A stretch of 64,000 nt of DNA. Origin: Minisyncoccota bacterium (lineage in GTDB: Bacteria; Patescibacteriota; Minisyncoccia; Phycocordibacterales; UBA2100). The notes under the pieces are model-generated. The model made no database searches, was not told the DNA's origin, and saw only the letters and a list, made by a program, of their open reading frames with translations. The first letter of the stretch is position 1. Every line of letters starts with the position of its first letter. Shown here in pieces: positions 56,076-64,000 of this stretch. The translations under genes were made by a program, and so were the position numbers. The DNA is taken from contig JARLIE010000165.1 in NCBI GenBank assembly GCA_031291875.1, positions 1,119-65,118 of the forward strand. Reading direction: 5' to 3'.

Positions 56076-56639
56076 ATGCGAGAAATCATACCCAAGGAGC
56101 ACAACCCCGCACTTCGAAAAACGGCCCAACCGCTGTCGCCTGAAGCTATCGTAAGCGATGAGATTCGCGACCTTATTGCACAAATGCAGGCTTTGCTCGC
56201 AAAGGAGAAATACGGCGTTGCCTTGGCGGCACCACAGGTGGGCGAAGCGATACGGCTTTTTATTGTTTCAGGAAAGGCGATCGCGCGGGACTCGAGAAAC
56301 GCTCCTGATGAGCCGGAAAGCGAAAATGAAGTTGACGAGTCGGACGACGAGTCCTCGATTCCGGATCAGGTGTATATCAATCCCGAACTCATCAAGCTGT
56401 CGCGCAAACGCGTCGGCAAACACGAAGGCTGTCTTTCGATACGCGGCAAGTGGGGCATCGTTCCCCGAGCCGAGAAAGCAACCATTCGCGCATACGACGA
56501 GGAGGGCCGGCGTTTTACTCGAGGTGCTTCGGGATTTTTGGCACACGTATTCCAGCATGAGATGGATCACCTCGACGGCGTCCTGTATATCGACAAGGCG
56601 ACGGAACTGTACGACGATGAACCGGACGATGAAAACTAA
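56076..56639 (+). CDS. def: Peptide deformylase
   Basis: GVALAAPQVG, EGCLS and QHEMDHLDG. Confidence 0.96.
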   Translation: MREIIPKEHNPALRKTAQPLSPEAIVSDEIRDLIAQMQALLAKEKYGVALAAPQVGEAIRLFIVSGKAIARDSRNAPDEPESENEVDESDDESSIPDQVYINPELIKLSRKRVGKHEGCLSIRGKWGIVPRAEKATIRAYDEEGRRFTRGASGFLAHVFQHEMDHLDGVLYIDKATELYDDEPDDEN

Positions 56640-57405
56640 CCCTCGCTTTGTATTTTTTGGTACCGCGCCGCTTGCCTCCGGTGTCCTTTCGGAACTCGCG
56701 CAAGCTGGTTTTGTGCCGGAGCGAATCGTGGAATCCGCCAAAATACAGCCCGAATTCGTCGATGAGCTCTCGAAAGAATCTTGGGATGTTTTCGTTGTCG
56801 CTTCGTTCGGCAAAATCTTGCCCAAGCGGCTCATAGAACTCCCGAAACACGGCACACTCAACGTGCATCCTTCCCTTTTGCCAAGACTGCGCGGTGCTTC
56901 ACCTATGCGCTCAGCGATACTTACCGACGAGCGCGAGACCGGCGTATCGGTCATGCTTTTGGATGAACAAATGGATCACGGCCCGCTCCTCGCTCAAAAA
57001 AAGATCCTCGTTGAGCCTTGGCCGCCGCGCGGACGGGAACTCGACGAACGATTAGCCCACGAGGGTGGCAAATTACTCGCGCAAGTACTGCCGCTTTGGA
57101 TAGAAGGCGCAATCCAACCACAGGAGCAAAATCACGATCTCGCAACCTACTGTGTGAGATTCTCGAAAGAAGACGGTTTGCTGGACCTCAATGACGATCC
57201 GCATAAAAACCTCTTGAAGATTCGGGCTTTTGACGGCTGGCCGGGAACGTACGCGTTTTTTGAACGTTCAGGCAAAAAGATCCGCGTACAAATTCTCGAC
57301 GCGCACATCAAAGACAACGCTCTTGCGATCGATCTCGTGAAGCCAGAGGGCAAACGCGAGATGAGCTACGAAGCCTTTTTAAATTCGGGCGCAAAGCCGC
57401 TATAG
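56629..57405 (+). CDS. fmt: Methionyl-tRNA formyltransferase
   Basis: VFFGT, NVHPSLLPRLRGASP and MDHGP; overlaps def. Confidence 0.94.
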   Translation: MKTNPRFVFFGTAPLASGVLSELAQAGFVPERIVESAKIQPEFVDELSKESWDVFVVASFGKILPKRLIELPKHGTLNVHPSLLPRLRGASPMRSAILTDERETGVSVMLLDEQMDHGPLLAQKKILVEPWPPRGRELDERLAHEGGKLLAQVLPLWIEGAIQPQEQNHDLATYCVRFSKEDGLLDLNDDPHKNLLKIRAFDGWPGTYAFFERSGKKIRVQILDAHIKDNALAIDLVKPEGKREMSYEAFLNSGAKPL

Positions 57406-57420
57406 CCACATCAAGCGCAC

Positions 57421-57786
57421 TTACTCAAGTCGGAGTAAGCGCTTCGCGAGTGCGCCGCCTCGGCGCCACAAGCGGTTGTGCGTCCTCTTTTCCTTGCGAA
57501 GCTGCATGAGCAATTCGTCCTTGGCATTGTCGATTGCCGCGTTAACGGAAGGTTCATGGTTGTGAGCAACAAGTCTCGCCGATCCGGGCCGAACGAGCTG
57601 AATTTCGGCAAAATACTGATATTCACTGTGCTTATGGTGGCCGGTAGCGCGACCGAGCTCGACCTCCAAACGAGACTGGGTGGCGTCTAGGCCCAGCGAC
57701 TTTTCAACCTGCGCAAGCTTATCGTCCAAATAATCGGAAACCTCGGGAGTCATCTGATAATCGGTAGTTTTGACTCGTAGATCCAT
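57421..57786 (-). CDS. hpf: Ribosome hibernation factor HPF/RaiA (short)
   Basis: MTPEVSDYLDDKL and AAIDNAKDELLMQLRKEK. Confidence 0.85.
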   Translation of the reverse strand: MDLRVKTTDYQMTPEVSDYLDDKLAQVEKSLGLDATQSRLEVELGRATGHHKHSEYQYFAEIQLVRPGSARLVAHNHEPSVNAAIDNAKDELLMQLRKEKRTHNRLWRRGGALAKRLLRLE

Positions 57787-57830
57787 AACGACAGTATACC
57801 TGAGAGAATTGCGAGAAACCTGTGAATATG

Positions 57831-57860
57831 AAAAGCCTCCGCGCGTGCGCGGAGGCCTTC
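57831..57860 (-). terminator. Terminator hairpin
   Basis: GCCTCCGCGC-GT-GCGCGGAGGC with a TTTT tail on the minus strand. Confidence 0.65.
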
Positions 57861-57868
57861 GTGAAAGA

Positions 57869-58276
57869 TCAGAATCGCCAGAAGCGGCGTCCTCTGTGCT
57901 GGCGTTCGCACGACGTCGTCCGAAAGACTTCGCCGAGGAAATCGATGAGATCCATTTCTTGAGGTTTGAGACACGTCTCGTCCTCAAGCACTTCGAGCTC
58001 GACGCGAAAAGTATGAATGTTCGCGTTGCGATTCATTCGCTTGACCTGCAAGAGCCGAACGAAACTGAACGTCAGATCGTCGCCGAGATACCCTTCGTAG
58101 ATGCCGGGCTGCGCCAGGTTGAGTATCTGATTCTCAAGTGCTTTTGCCTGCATCTCCATAGATTTTCCAGCGTCCTGAGCGACGCTCAGAGCGTTCAGTA
58201 GAGCCTGAAGTTCCTTTGCGGTCGGCAATGCATCCTTATCGTGAGAATCGAGACTTGCGAGTGTAGCACTAGGCAT
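57869..58276 (-). CDS. Hypothetical protein
   Basis: 135-aa ORF from MPSAT, with AAAGG upstream and a terminator downstream. Confidence 0.55.
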   Translation of the reverse strand: MPSATLASLDSHDKDALPTAKELQALLNALSVAQDAGKSMEMQAKALENQILNLAQPGIYEGYLGDDLTFSFVRLLQVKRMNRNANIHTFRVELEVLEDETCLKPQEMDLIDFLGEVFRTTSCERQHRGRRFWRF

Positions 58277-58424
58277 CAATAGGTACCTTTCGTTGTTGCC
58301 TCTGTTTACTATACTTTCTACAGCGCCGTTTATTTCAAATCGATGGTGTGGACGGCAATTATCCGCATATCCGCAGCTGACCGAATTGCCCTGCGATTTT
58401 TTTCGGCTATACTCTCCCCTACAT

Positions 58425-58496
58425 TCCCCGGTGGCGCAACGGTAGCGCAGCTCCCTGTTAAGGAGTTGGTTGTAGGTTCGAATCCTACCCGGGGAG
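58425..58496 (+). tRNA. tRNA-Asn(GTT)
   Basis: TCCCCGG...CCGGGGA-G; anticodon loop CTGTTAA; upstream TTGCCC/TATACT promoter. Confidence 0.96.
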
Positions 58497-58568
58497 CAAA
58501 CTTGACAAGATAGATTACGTATTCTACAATTACATTTACGAGATCTTTCAAGTCTACTGGAGGTAGCA

Positions 58569-58841
58569 ATGGACATATCCATCTTCCTGAAATACCCCGG
58601 ATATAGGAAGGGACTTCGCCTTGTCATCACGGATACGAACAGCTGGCATTTCGTCTACAACACGGAGCGGAAAGAGGGGGACGAATTTTTTGATGGCGGC
58701 CATGCATCGCTCTGTGCACTTCTCAATCGATTCAGGGAAGTATTCGGGCAAGCGTTGGGTGATGAATGGTATTGTCATGTCGTCCAGCAACTATTCCGCT
58801 ATCACGTGCGAAAGGTACGACAGAAAAGAGCACGCGCGTGA
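58569..58841 (+). CDS. Orphan hypothetical protein with its own promoter, SD and terminator
   Basis: TTGACA-17-TACAAT (58502-58530), GGAGGT SD, and a hairpin plus U-tract at ~58850-58890. Confidence 0.65.
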   Translation: MDISIFLKYPGYRKGLRLVITDTNSWHFVYNTERKEGDEFFDGGHASLCALLNRFREVFGQALGDEWYCHVVQQLFRYHVRKVRQKRARA

Positions 58842-59024
58842 TCGTCGACCCGCCCACGGAGCCGCTCGGCCTCGGTTGGGCGGTTTTTTTATGTTAATTT
58901 CAGTACCTGCAATTCATCGAATGCTTTTATCCAATCCACGGTTCTGAACTTGTCCAACGAAGGGAGCATATTTGACACTACTTATAATACGTGTTATTTT
59001 TAATTTGGAAAGGAGGTGATGTAA

Positions 59025-59210
59025 GTGAAAAAGAATCTTGCTGAAGTTTTGCAGCAGGACGATGTGCAATCTGAGCTTCTGTTTCATCAAGGATGCTCCG
59101 TGTACTACGCGGGCAATAAACAAGAAGCTATTCGGCTCTTTGAAGAGTCGTTGAAACTTTGTCCTGATAACCAAAACGCGAAAAGTGCACTGGAACAACT
59201 AAAAAAATAA
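59025..59210 (+). CDS. Small single-TPR protein
   Basis: QG..YYAG...EAI..FEESLKLCPDN..A TPR pattern; AAGGAGGTGA SD. Confidence 0.65.
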   Translation: MKKNLAEVLQQDDVQSELLFHQGCSVYYAGNKQEAIRLFEESLKLCPDNQNAKSALEQLKK

Positions 59211-59609
59211 ATCACATCACTACATGCGATGAGGAAATCCTTCGTCTGGCCGACCGTAAATCCGGCAAACGGCCTGAAGGGCACCACCTATGAGTGGCTA
59301 TGGCAACCCATCGTAATTTCTTTCCAACCTCGTCATCTGACGAGGTTTACTGTTTTATGAGAAATCTGGAATGCGAAAATAGTAATCTAAATTGATGATA
59401 CGGGTTCTAACGTCGTCAAAGATACGGAGCAAGTGTTTTTAAATCTCAATTGTGTAGTTTATTTTTGATGTCAATTACGGCTTCAAGTCGCGTCTAGCTA
59501 TCTATGGATGTATCTCTTCGCTATTTGGGCGTTTTTTTCCGCAGCTTTCGAGACGTACTACAACAACTCGATGTACAAGTAGGTTCCATTCCTGGTTTAC
59601 AATACAGAG

Positions 59610-59930
59610 ATGAAAACTCACGTGCACCCGCATCAGCGCAATCGCTCCGAACCGTTTCCTTCGGACAACTTCTGGCTTTGGCTGCTTGATGGCATCGTCA
59701 TGGTTGCCGGAGTGCTTGGGCCGCTGTGCACGTTACCGCAAGTTGTAATTATTTACGGAAGCCATCATGCAGCGGGCGTTTCAGTATTGACTTGGGGTCT
59801 TTATGCTATTTTGGACGTCCCGTGGATTCTGTACGGGCTGGCGCATCGACAAAAGCCTATTCTCTATAGCTACCTTTTGTGGTGCACATTTAACTCTCTC
59901 GTCGCAATCGGTGCGATTCTGTACTCGTAA
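59610..59930 (+). CDS. PQ-loop/SemiSWEET-like 3-TM transporter
   Basis: LPQV..IY...AGVS..W motif with three TMs. Confidence 0.75.
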   Translation: MKTHVHPHQRNRSEPFPSDNFWLWLLDGIVMVAGVLGPLCTLPQVVIIYGSHHAAGVSVLTWGLYAILDVPWILYGLAHRQKPILYSYLLWCTFNSLVAIGAILYS

Positions 59931-59941
59931 GACTAAAAGAT

Positions 59942-59966
59942 AAGGCGGGAGCATTGCTCCCGCCTT
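59942..59966. terminator. Terminator between convergent genes
   Basis: AAGGCGGGAGC-ATT-GCTCCCGCCTT. Confidence 0.7.
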
Positions 59967-59991
59967 GGTTGTGAACGTCCACGCTGGCCGA

Positions 59992-60306
59992 TTACTGGTT
60001 CTGCGCCGTATGATCGTTGTGATCGATCGAACTGTAGCCGGTGACGACGCCGCTGAAGCAGCCGTAACCGTTGCAGCAGGAGCACGGGCCGCCGGGATAT
60101 GTGGGAAAGCCGTAGTAACACGAGCCGATGTTGGTCGAGCAGATCCAGGCTGTCTTGTCGTTGGGATCCACCCGCTTGGGGACGGGCGTAAAATTGCGCG
60201 TCTCCGACGGCGTGAAGTTCGCCTTGATCAAGGACCCTGCTTGAGCCGAAGCCGGACCGAACGCAAACGTCGCGGCAATCAAACAAAGAACTGTCGCCCT
60301 TCTCAT
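59992..60306 (-). CDS. Secreted Cys-rich small protein
   Basis: AAGGAG SD; signal peptide ending AQA; six-Cys core CSTNIGSC...PCSCCNGYGC. Confidence 0.7.
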   Translation of the reverse strand: MRRATVLCLIAATFAFGPASAQAGSLIKANFTPSETRNFTPVPKRVDPNDKTAWICSTNIGSCYYGFPTYPGGPCSCCNGYGCFSGVVTGYSSIDHNDHTAQNQ

Positions 60307-60447
60307 TTCAGAACTCCTTATTGCCTTGAATGCGGACAATTCCGCACCCAGCGATCGTAAAGTACGTTTTATCTAAAAAAAGTCAATACCGTCTTTGTGG
60401 ACAAAATCAACGAGTAGGTTAGTCTCTTGGACGGTTGCACCTTACCA

Positions 60448-60993
60448 ATGGAGGTTTCTGTGCACGCATTTCGTTGGCTCTTTCTCTCGTGCGTACTTAT
60501 GCTCGGCGGCTGTCTCCAATCTGAAGAGCGGCCGTTCTCTACCCAAGCCGGCGACGCCGTCCAAGCGGCCGGAAAATATAGTTGCAAAAACAACACAAAG
60601 ATACAGTGGCTGATTCAGCTGGAGTCAAACAAGCAGTATCAGTACGTCTGGATCCACGAAGGCGACACTTCGGCGGTCCCGATCACGTTCCACGCAACCG
60701 GAAGCGACGGCGTATACCTCGCTTCCGCGGCAAGTGCGAATACACCAGGTGAAATGTTCGCGCTCGTTAAGATTAAGCAGTCGCAAGTATCCTTCTTCTT
60801 GTTGCTCGAGGAGCAGTACAGCGGCGTTCAGCAGCTCGCGGCTCAGTACAACGTGAAGGTGGATACGAAGAACTCCTGGTCCTTCGTGCGCGGCGCCTTG
60901 AGTGATCAACGCTTGTTCCTCATGGCACTTTCGCACAACGAAAGCCTATGGACCTTCATGGACAAATGCGTTTTGGCGAGTCCGACCGAGTAG
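60448..60993 (+). CDS. Putative lipoprotein
   Basis: Hydrophobic N-terminus with an LGGC lipobox. Exact start uncertain. Confidence 0.6.
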   Translation: MEVSVHAFRWLFLSCVLMLGGCLQSEERPFSTQAGDAVQAAGKYSCKNNTKIQWLIQLESNKQYQYVWIHEGDTSAVPITFHATGSDGVYLASAASANTPGEMFALVKIKQSQVSFFLLLEEQYSGVQQLAAQYNVKVDTKNSWSFVRGALSDQRLFLMALSHNESLWTFMDKCVLASPTE

Positions 60994-61040
60994 CCACCTA
61001 ACGAGCCTGTCGCCATAGGCCATACTTGCTCATTAGAATA

Positions 61041-61068
61041 AGAACAGCCCCTCCCGGGGCTGTTTTGC
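61041..61068. terminator. Terminator hairpin
   Basis: AACAGCCCC-TCCC-GGGGCTGTTTT. Confidence 0.65.
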
Positions 61069-61085
61069 TACGGTATACTTTACCC

Positions 61086-61253
61086 ATGAACGCGAAACCT
61101 CTCGTTTGGATCGGTCTCACGGTCGGATCAACGCTCGGCAGCATGATCCCTCTTTTGTGGGGTGCAGGCGAGCTCTCTTTCTCCAGTATTTTTCTCGGCG
61201 GCGTCGGCGGCGTTGCGGGAATACTTCTCGGTTACAAATATTCCGATTTCTAA
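61086..61253 (+). CDS. Small Gly-rich 2-TM membrane protein
   Basis: 55 aa starting MNAKPLVWIG; TATACT 6 nt upstream. Confidence 0.65.
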   Translation: MNAKPLVWIGLTVGSTLGSMIPLLWGAGELSFSSIFLGGVGGVAGILLGYKYSDF

Positions 61254-61362
61254 CAAAACGCCGTGTTTTCCAGAGACCAGAGAGTAGTCAAATCGAATCT
61301 AGTGAGTGTTATGTGAATATGTCGCCGTATTCTTCCAGAAAATCGCGTGCTATCATCCCGCC

Positions 61363-62208
61363 ATGCTTAGCTTGGTGCAGGCTGTCGTTCTTGGCGTACT
61401 CCAAGGAGTAACGGAGCTCTTTCCGATTTCAAGCCTTGGACATAGCGTTCTCTTGCCGCATCTCTTCAGTTGGCACATCGATCAAACGAATCCACAATTC
61501 CTTGCCTTTCTCGTGGCCACACACTTCGGTACGGCACTCGTCCTGCTTATGTTCTTTTGGCAGGACTGGCTAAAGATTATTTCCGGTATTTTTCGCTCAC
61601 TCTACCAGCGCGAAGTACGCGAAGACGATACCTACGCAAAAATCGGTTGGCTCTTGGTAACCGGAACCATACCCGCCGGCATTCTCGGCATTCTCCTCCA
61701 AACACAACTTCAAGCGCTTTTCGGTTCAGCGCTTCTCGTTGCGGCAGCGCTTGCCGGCAACGGCGTGATGCTGTTTGTCGCGGAGAGACTACGCGCCCGC
61801 ACTACCCAGGAAGCGTCGCACGACGATGCGATCGCTAAACTTTCTTATACGCAGGCCCTTGGCGTGGGCGCCGCACAGGCTATAGCGCTTATTCCAGGAT
61901 TTTCTCGGACGGGCGCCGCGATCGCCGGCGGTCTTTTGGCGGGCCTCTCACACGAAAACGCGGCCCGCTTCGGCTTTCTTCTCGCAACACCGATTATCTT
62001 TGCCGCCGCAGTCTTAAATGCCCCGCAATTGATTTATGGAGGTTCAGATTTCATCAAAACCACTCTTCTGGGGGCGTGCTGCGCCGCGATCGCGGCTTAC
62101 ATCTCGGTTCGTTTTCTAACCGAGTATTTCAAGACAAAAACACTCACCCCCTTTGCTGTCTATTGCTTTCTTGCGGGAGTAGCCGCGTGTATCGCGCTTG
62201 TGCGTTAA
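61363..62208 (+). CDS. uppP: Undecaprenyl-diphosphate phosphatase
   Basis: GVLQGVTELFPISSLGH and AQAIALIPGFSRTG. Confidence 0.95.
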   Translation: MLSLVQAVVLGVLQGVTELFPISSLGHSVLLPHLFSWHIDQTNPQFLAFLVATHFGTALVLLMFFWQDWLKIISGIFRSLYQREVREDDTYAKIGWLLVTGTIPAGILGILLQTQLQALFGSALLVAAALAGNGVMLFVAERLRARTTQEASHDDAIAKLSYTQALGVGAAQAIALIPGFSRTGAAIAGGLLAGLSHENAARFGFLLATPIIFAAAVLNAPQLIYGGSDFIKTTLLGACCAAIAAYISVRFLTEYFKTKTLTPFAVYCFLAGVAACIALVR

Positions 62209-62426
62209 GCGCGTTTAGGGCCCGAGGTAAACCAGGCAACCACCAGTAGCGCAAGGCCGAGAATCAGGCTTGCCAATCCATGCTTAAAGTGAGCCACCAA
62301 TACACCGGCCTCATAGCCGGGCATAAAGGTTGCGAGCGATCCTGCCGGTGTCATCCAGTAATAGATAGCAACGGCAATAAAAACGATACCGAGGACTGCC
62401 GAACCCCAAACAAAAGTCTTGTTCAT
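62205..62426 (-). CDS. Small 2-TM membrane protein
   Basis: 73 aa starting MNKTFVWG; TATTAT 6 nt upstream. Confidence 0.65.
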   Translation of the reverse strand: MNKTFVWGSAVLGIVFIAVAIYYWMTPAGSLATFMPGYEAGVLVAHFKHGLASLILGLALLVVAWFTSGPKRA

Positions 62427-62538
62427 AAAGCGATAATACCACGCAGTGCACCGTTTTTTGCGGTTTTCCACAAGAAAGGAACATTTCCGTACCCCGACCG
62501 CAAGAACCCGAAATATGCCTGCGTGGTACCATGCCTCT

Positions 62539-63948
62539 ATGGCCAAAGAGACCCCGCGGCAGACTAATCCCCTACGTGTACCCCCGCATGATATTGAAAT
62601 GGAGAAAGCGCTGCTCGGCGCCTTGATGCTCTCGCAAAACGCGATGTACGAAACGGCAGATCTGGTTAGTCCAGATTCCTTTTATTCAGGTAAACATAGA
62701 ACGATTTATTCGGCGATGCTCGCCCTCCACGTAAAGAACGATCCGGTAGACGTTGTTGCAGTCACCAGCAAACTGAAAGAGCGCCAGGAACTCAAAGACG
62801 TCGGCGGCGCGGTATATCTCACTGAGATCGTCAACGCAGCCGCGTCACCAGGCAGCGCAAAGCACTACGCCGAAGTGGTGCAAAGCAAGTATGTATTTCG
62901 CACGCTGATTGAGGCGTCGCAAACAATCGGTGAGCTTGGCTTCGAGGAGCAGCGGGATGTCGAGGAAGTGCTTGATGAGGCACAGCAGGCGATCTTTGCC
63001 GTGACCCAGGCTCCCGGCATGCGCGGTTTCAAGGAGCTCAAGGCAGAACTCGGCGGCGCAATGGAGCGCGTCGAGCAATTGCAAAAACACGACGGCGGCT
63101 TGCGCGGTGTACCGACTGGCTTTCAGCAACTCGACAACCTTCTCGCGGGCCTGCAAAAATCCGACCTTATTATTCTTGCGGCTCGACCGAGTATGGGTAA
63201 AACAGCGCTCGCGCTCGATATCGCCCGTCTTACGGCAACCAAGCACAACACTCCTGTCGGCATCTTTTCGCTCGAAATGTCCTCGGATCAGCTGGTAGAC
63301 CGCATGCTCGCCGCACAAGCGGGCGTCAACGCGTGGCGCTTGCGTACCGGCAAGATAAAGAACGACGAGGAATTCGACCGTCTGCAAGACGCGCTCGGTT
63401 CCCTTTCCGAAGCACCTATCTTTATCGACGACAAGCCAGCCACCACCGTGCTCGGTATGCGCTCGGCTGCAAGACGTCTGAAGAGCGAGAGAGGCTTGAA
63501 ACTCATTATCGTAGACTACTTGCAGCTGATTACGCCGACGGCCATGCGCTCGGACACTTCTCTTGTCCAGCAAATCACGGAAATTTCTCGCTCGCTCAAG
63601 GCCATGGCGCGCGAACTTGAAGTCCCAGTCCTTGCGCTCTCGCAGCTCTCTCGCGCCGTCGAGCAGCGTGGCGGTCGTCCGCGCCTCTCAGACCTTCGCG
63701 ACTCCGGTTCGATCGAGCAGGATGCCGACGTCGTTATGTTCATCCACCGCGAGGACATGGTGGGCAACCGTGCTGCAAACGAGAAGAACAATATTGCTGA
63801 GATTTTAGTCGAGAAACACCGTAACGGCCCTATCGGCAAAGTCGATCTGTTCTTCGATGACGAAAAGACGACCTTCAAGCCGATCGACAAGAGCGACTTT
63901 GCCGATTTTGTGACGCAGGGAACCGTCGAGGGCGATGCGCCGTTTTGA
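62539..63948 (+). CDS. dnaB: Replicative DNA helicase
   Basis: VPPH, AARPSMGKT, FSLEM, DYLQL, SDLRDSGSIEQDAD and KHRNGP; no intein. Confidence 0.97.
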   Translation: MAKETPRQTNPLRVPPHDIEMEKALLGALMLSQNAMYETADLVSPDSFYSGKHRTIYSAMLALHVKNDPVDVVAVTSKLKERQELKDVGGAVYLTEIVNAAASPGSAKHYAEVVQSKYVFRTLIEASQTIGELGFEEQRDVEEVLDEAQQAIFAVTQAPGMRGFKELKAELGGAMERVEQLQKHDGGLRGVPTGFQQLDNLLAGLQKSDLIILAARPSMGKTALALDIARLTATKHNTPVGIFSLEMSSDQLVDRMLAAQAGVNAWRLRTGKIKNDEEFDRLQDALGSLSEAPIFIDDKPATTVLGMRSAARRLKSERGLKLIIVDYLQLITPTAMRSDTSLVQQITEISRSLKAMARELEVPVLALSQLSRAVEQRGGRPRLSDLRDSGSIEQDADVVMFIHREDMVGNRAANEKNNIAEILVEKHRNGPIGKVDLFFDDEKTTFKPIDKSDFADFVTQGTVEGDAPF

Positions 63949-64000
63949 TTTGATCCATGCCGGACCCTATCGAGCGTCTCACAGCTCTCTTTGAAAAGTT

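Noticed and set aside
57869-58630. 253-aa version of the ORF spanning tRNA-Asn
   Set aside because: The upstream extension is antisense to the tRNA and its promoter; the start was reassigned to 58276.
59201-59292. Possible frameshift extension of the TPR ORF at an A7 run
   Set aside because: The alternative frame adds only about 29 codons with no recognisable motif.
58500-61070. Integron cassette array or prophage after tRNA-Asn
   Set aside because: The intergenic hairpins are dissimilar terminators rather than attC repeats, and there is no integrase, att duplication or phage gene.
1-64000. Alternative genetic code (UGA=Gly, as in Gracilibacteria/SR1)
   Set aside because: Conserved genes (scpA, aspS, rpsD, frr, dnaB) end at TGA at their expected lengths.

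Overview
This looks like a chromosomal segment of a small-genome Patescibacteria/CPR bacterium, probably Parcubacteria. That call is inferred from gene content: short AlaRS and ProRS, archaeal-type AspRS, a minimal dcw cluster, tRNAs without encoded CCA, and many hypothetical proteins. Most of the window is housekeeping: murG-ftsW-mraY, scpAB, four aminoacyl-tRNA synthetases, grpE-dnaK-dnaJ, the infA-rpoA-rplM-rpsI block, mreBCD/PBP2, def-fmt, dnaB and five tRNAs. Four things stand out. (1) A ~5.5 kb serine-recombinase element sits in the 3' end of tRNA-Ala(CGC), flanked by a TGTGGAC direct repeat. Its attP lies inside the recombinase gene, so integration removed a 39-aa in-frame C-terminus, still readable at the far end of the element, and replaced it with an antisense-tRNA tail. 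(2) A five-gene cluster (PLP aminotransferase, PaaK-like adenylating ligase, Rv1355c-type ThiF, Acg-like nitroreductase, multi-TM sensor kinase) resembles oxazolone-synthetase chemistry coupled to a receptor. (3) There are several unannotated structured RNAs: a 6C-like two-hairpin sRNA, an RNA upstream of def-fmt, and a GNRA-rich leader RNA in the mobile element. (4) A TAnnnT -10 box lies 6-9 nt before the start codon of many host genes, suggesting gene-by-gene leaderless expression. All calls were made by eye from sequence motifs; no database searches were run.
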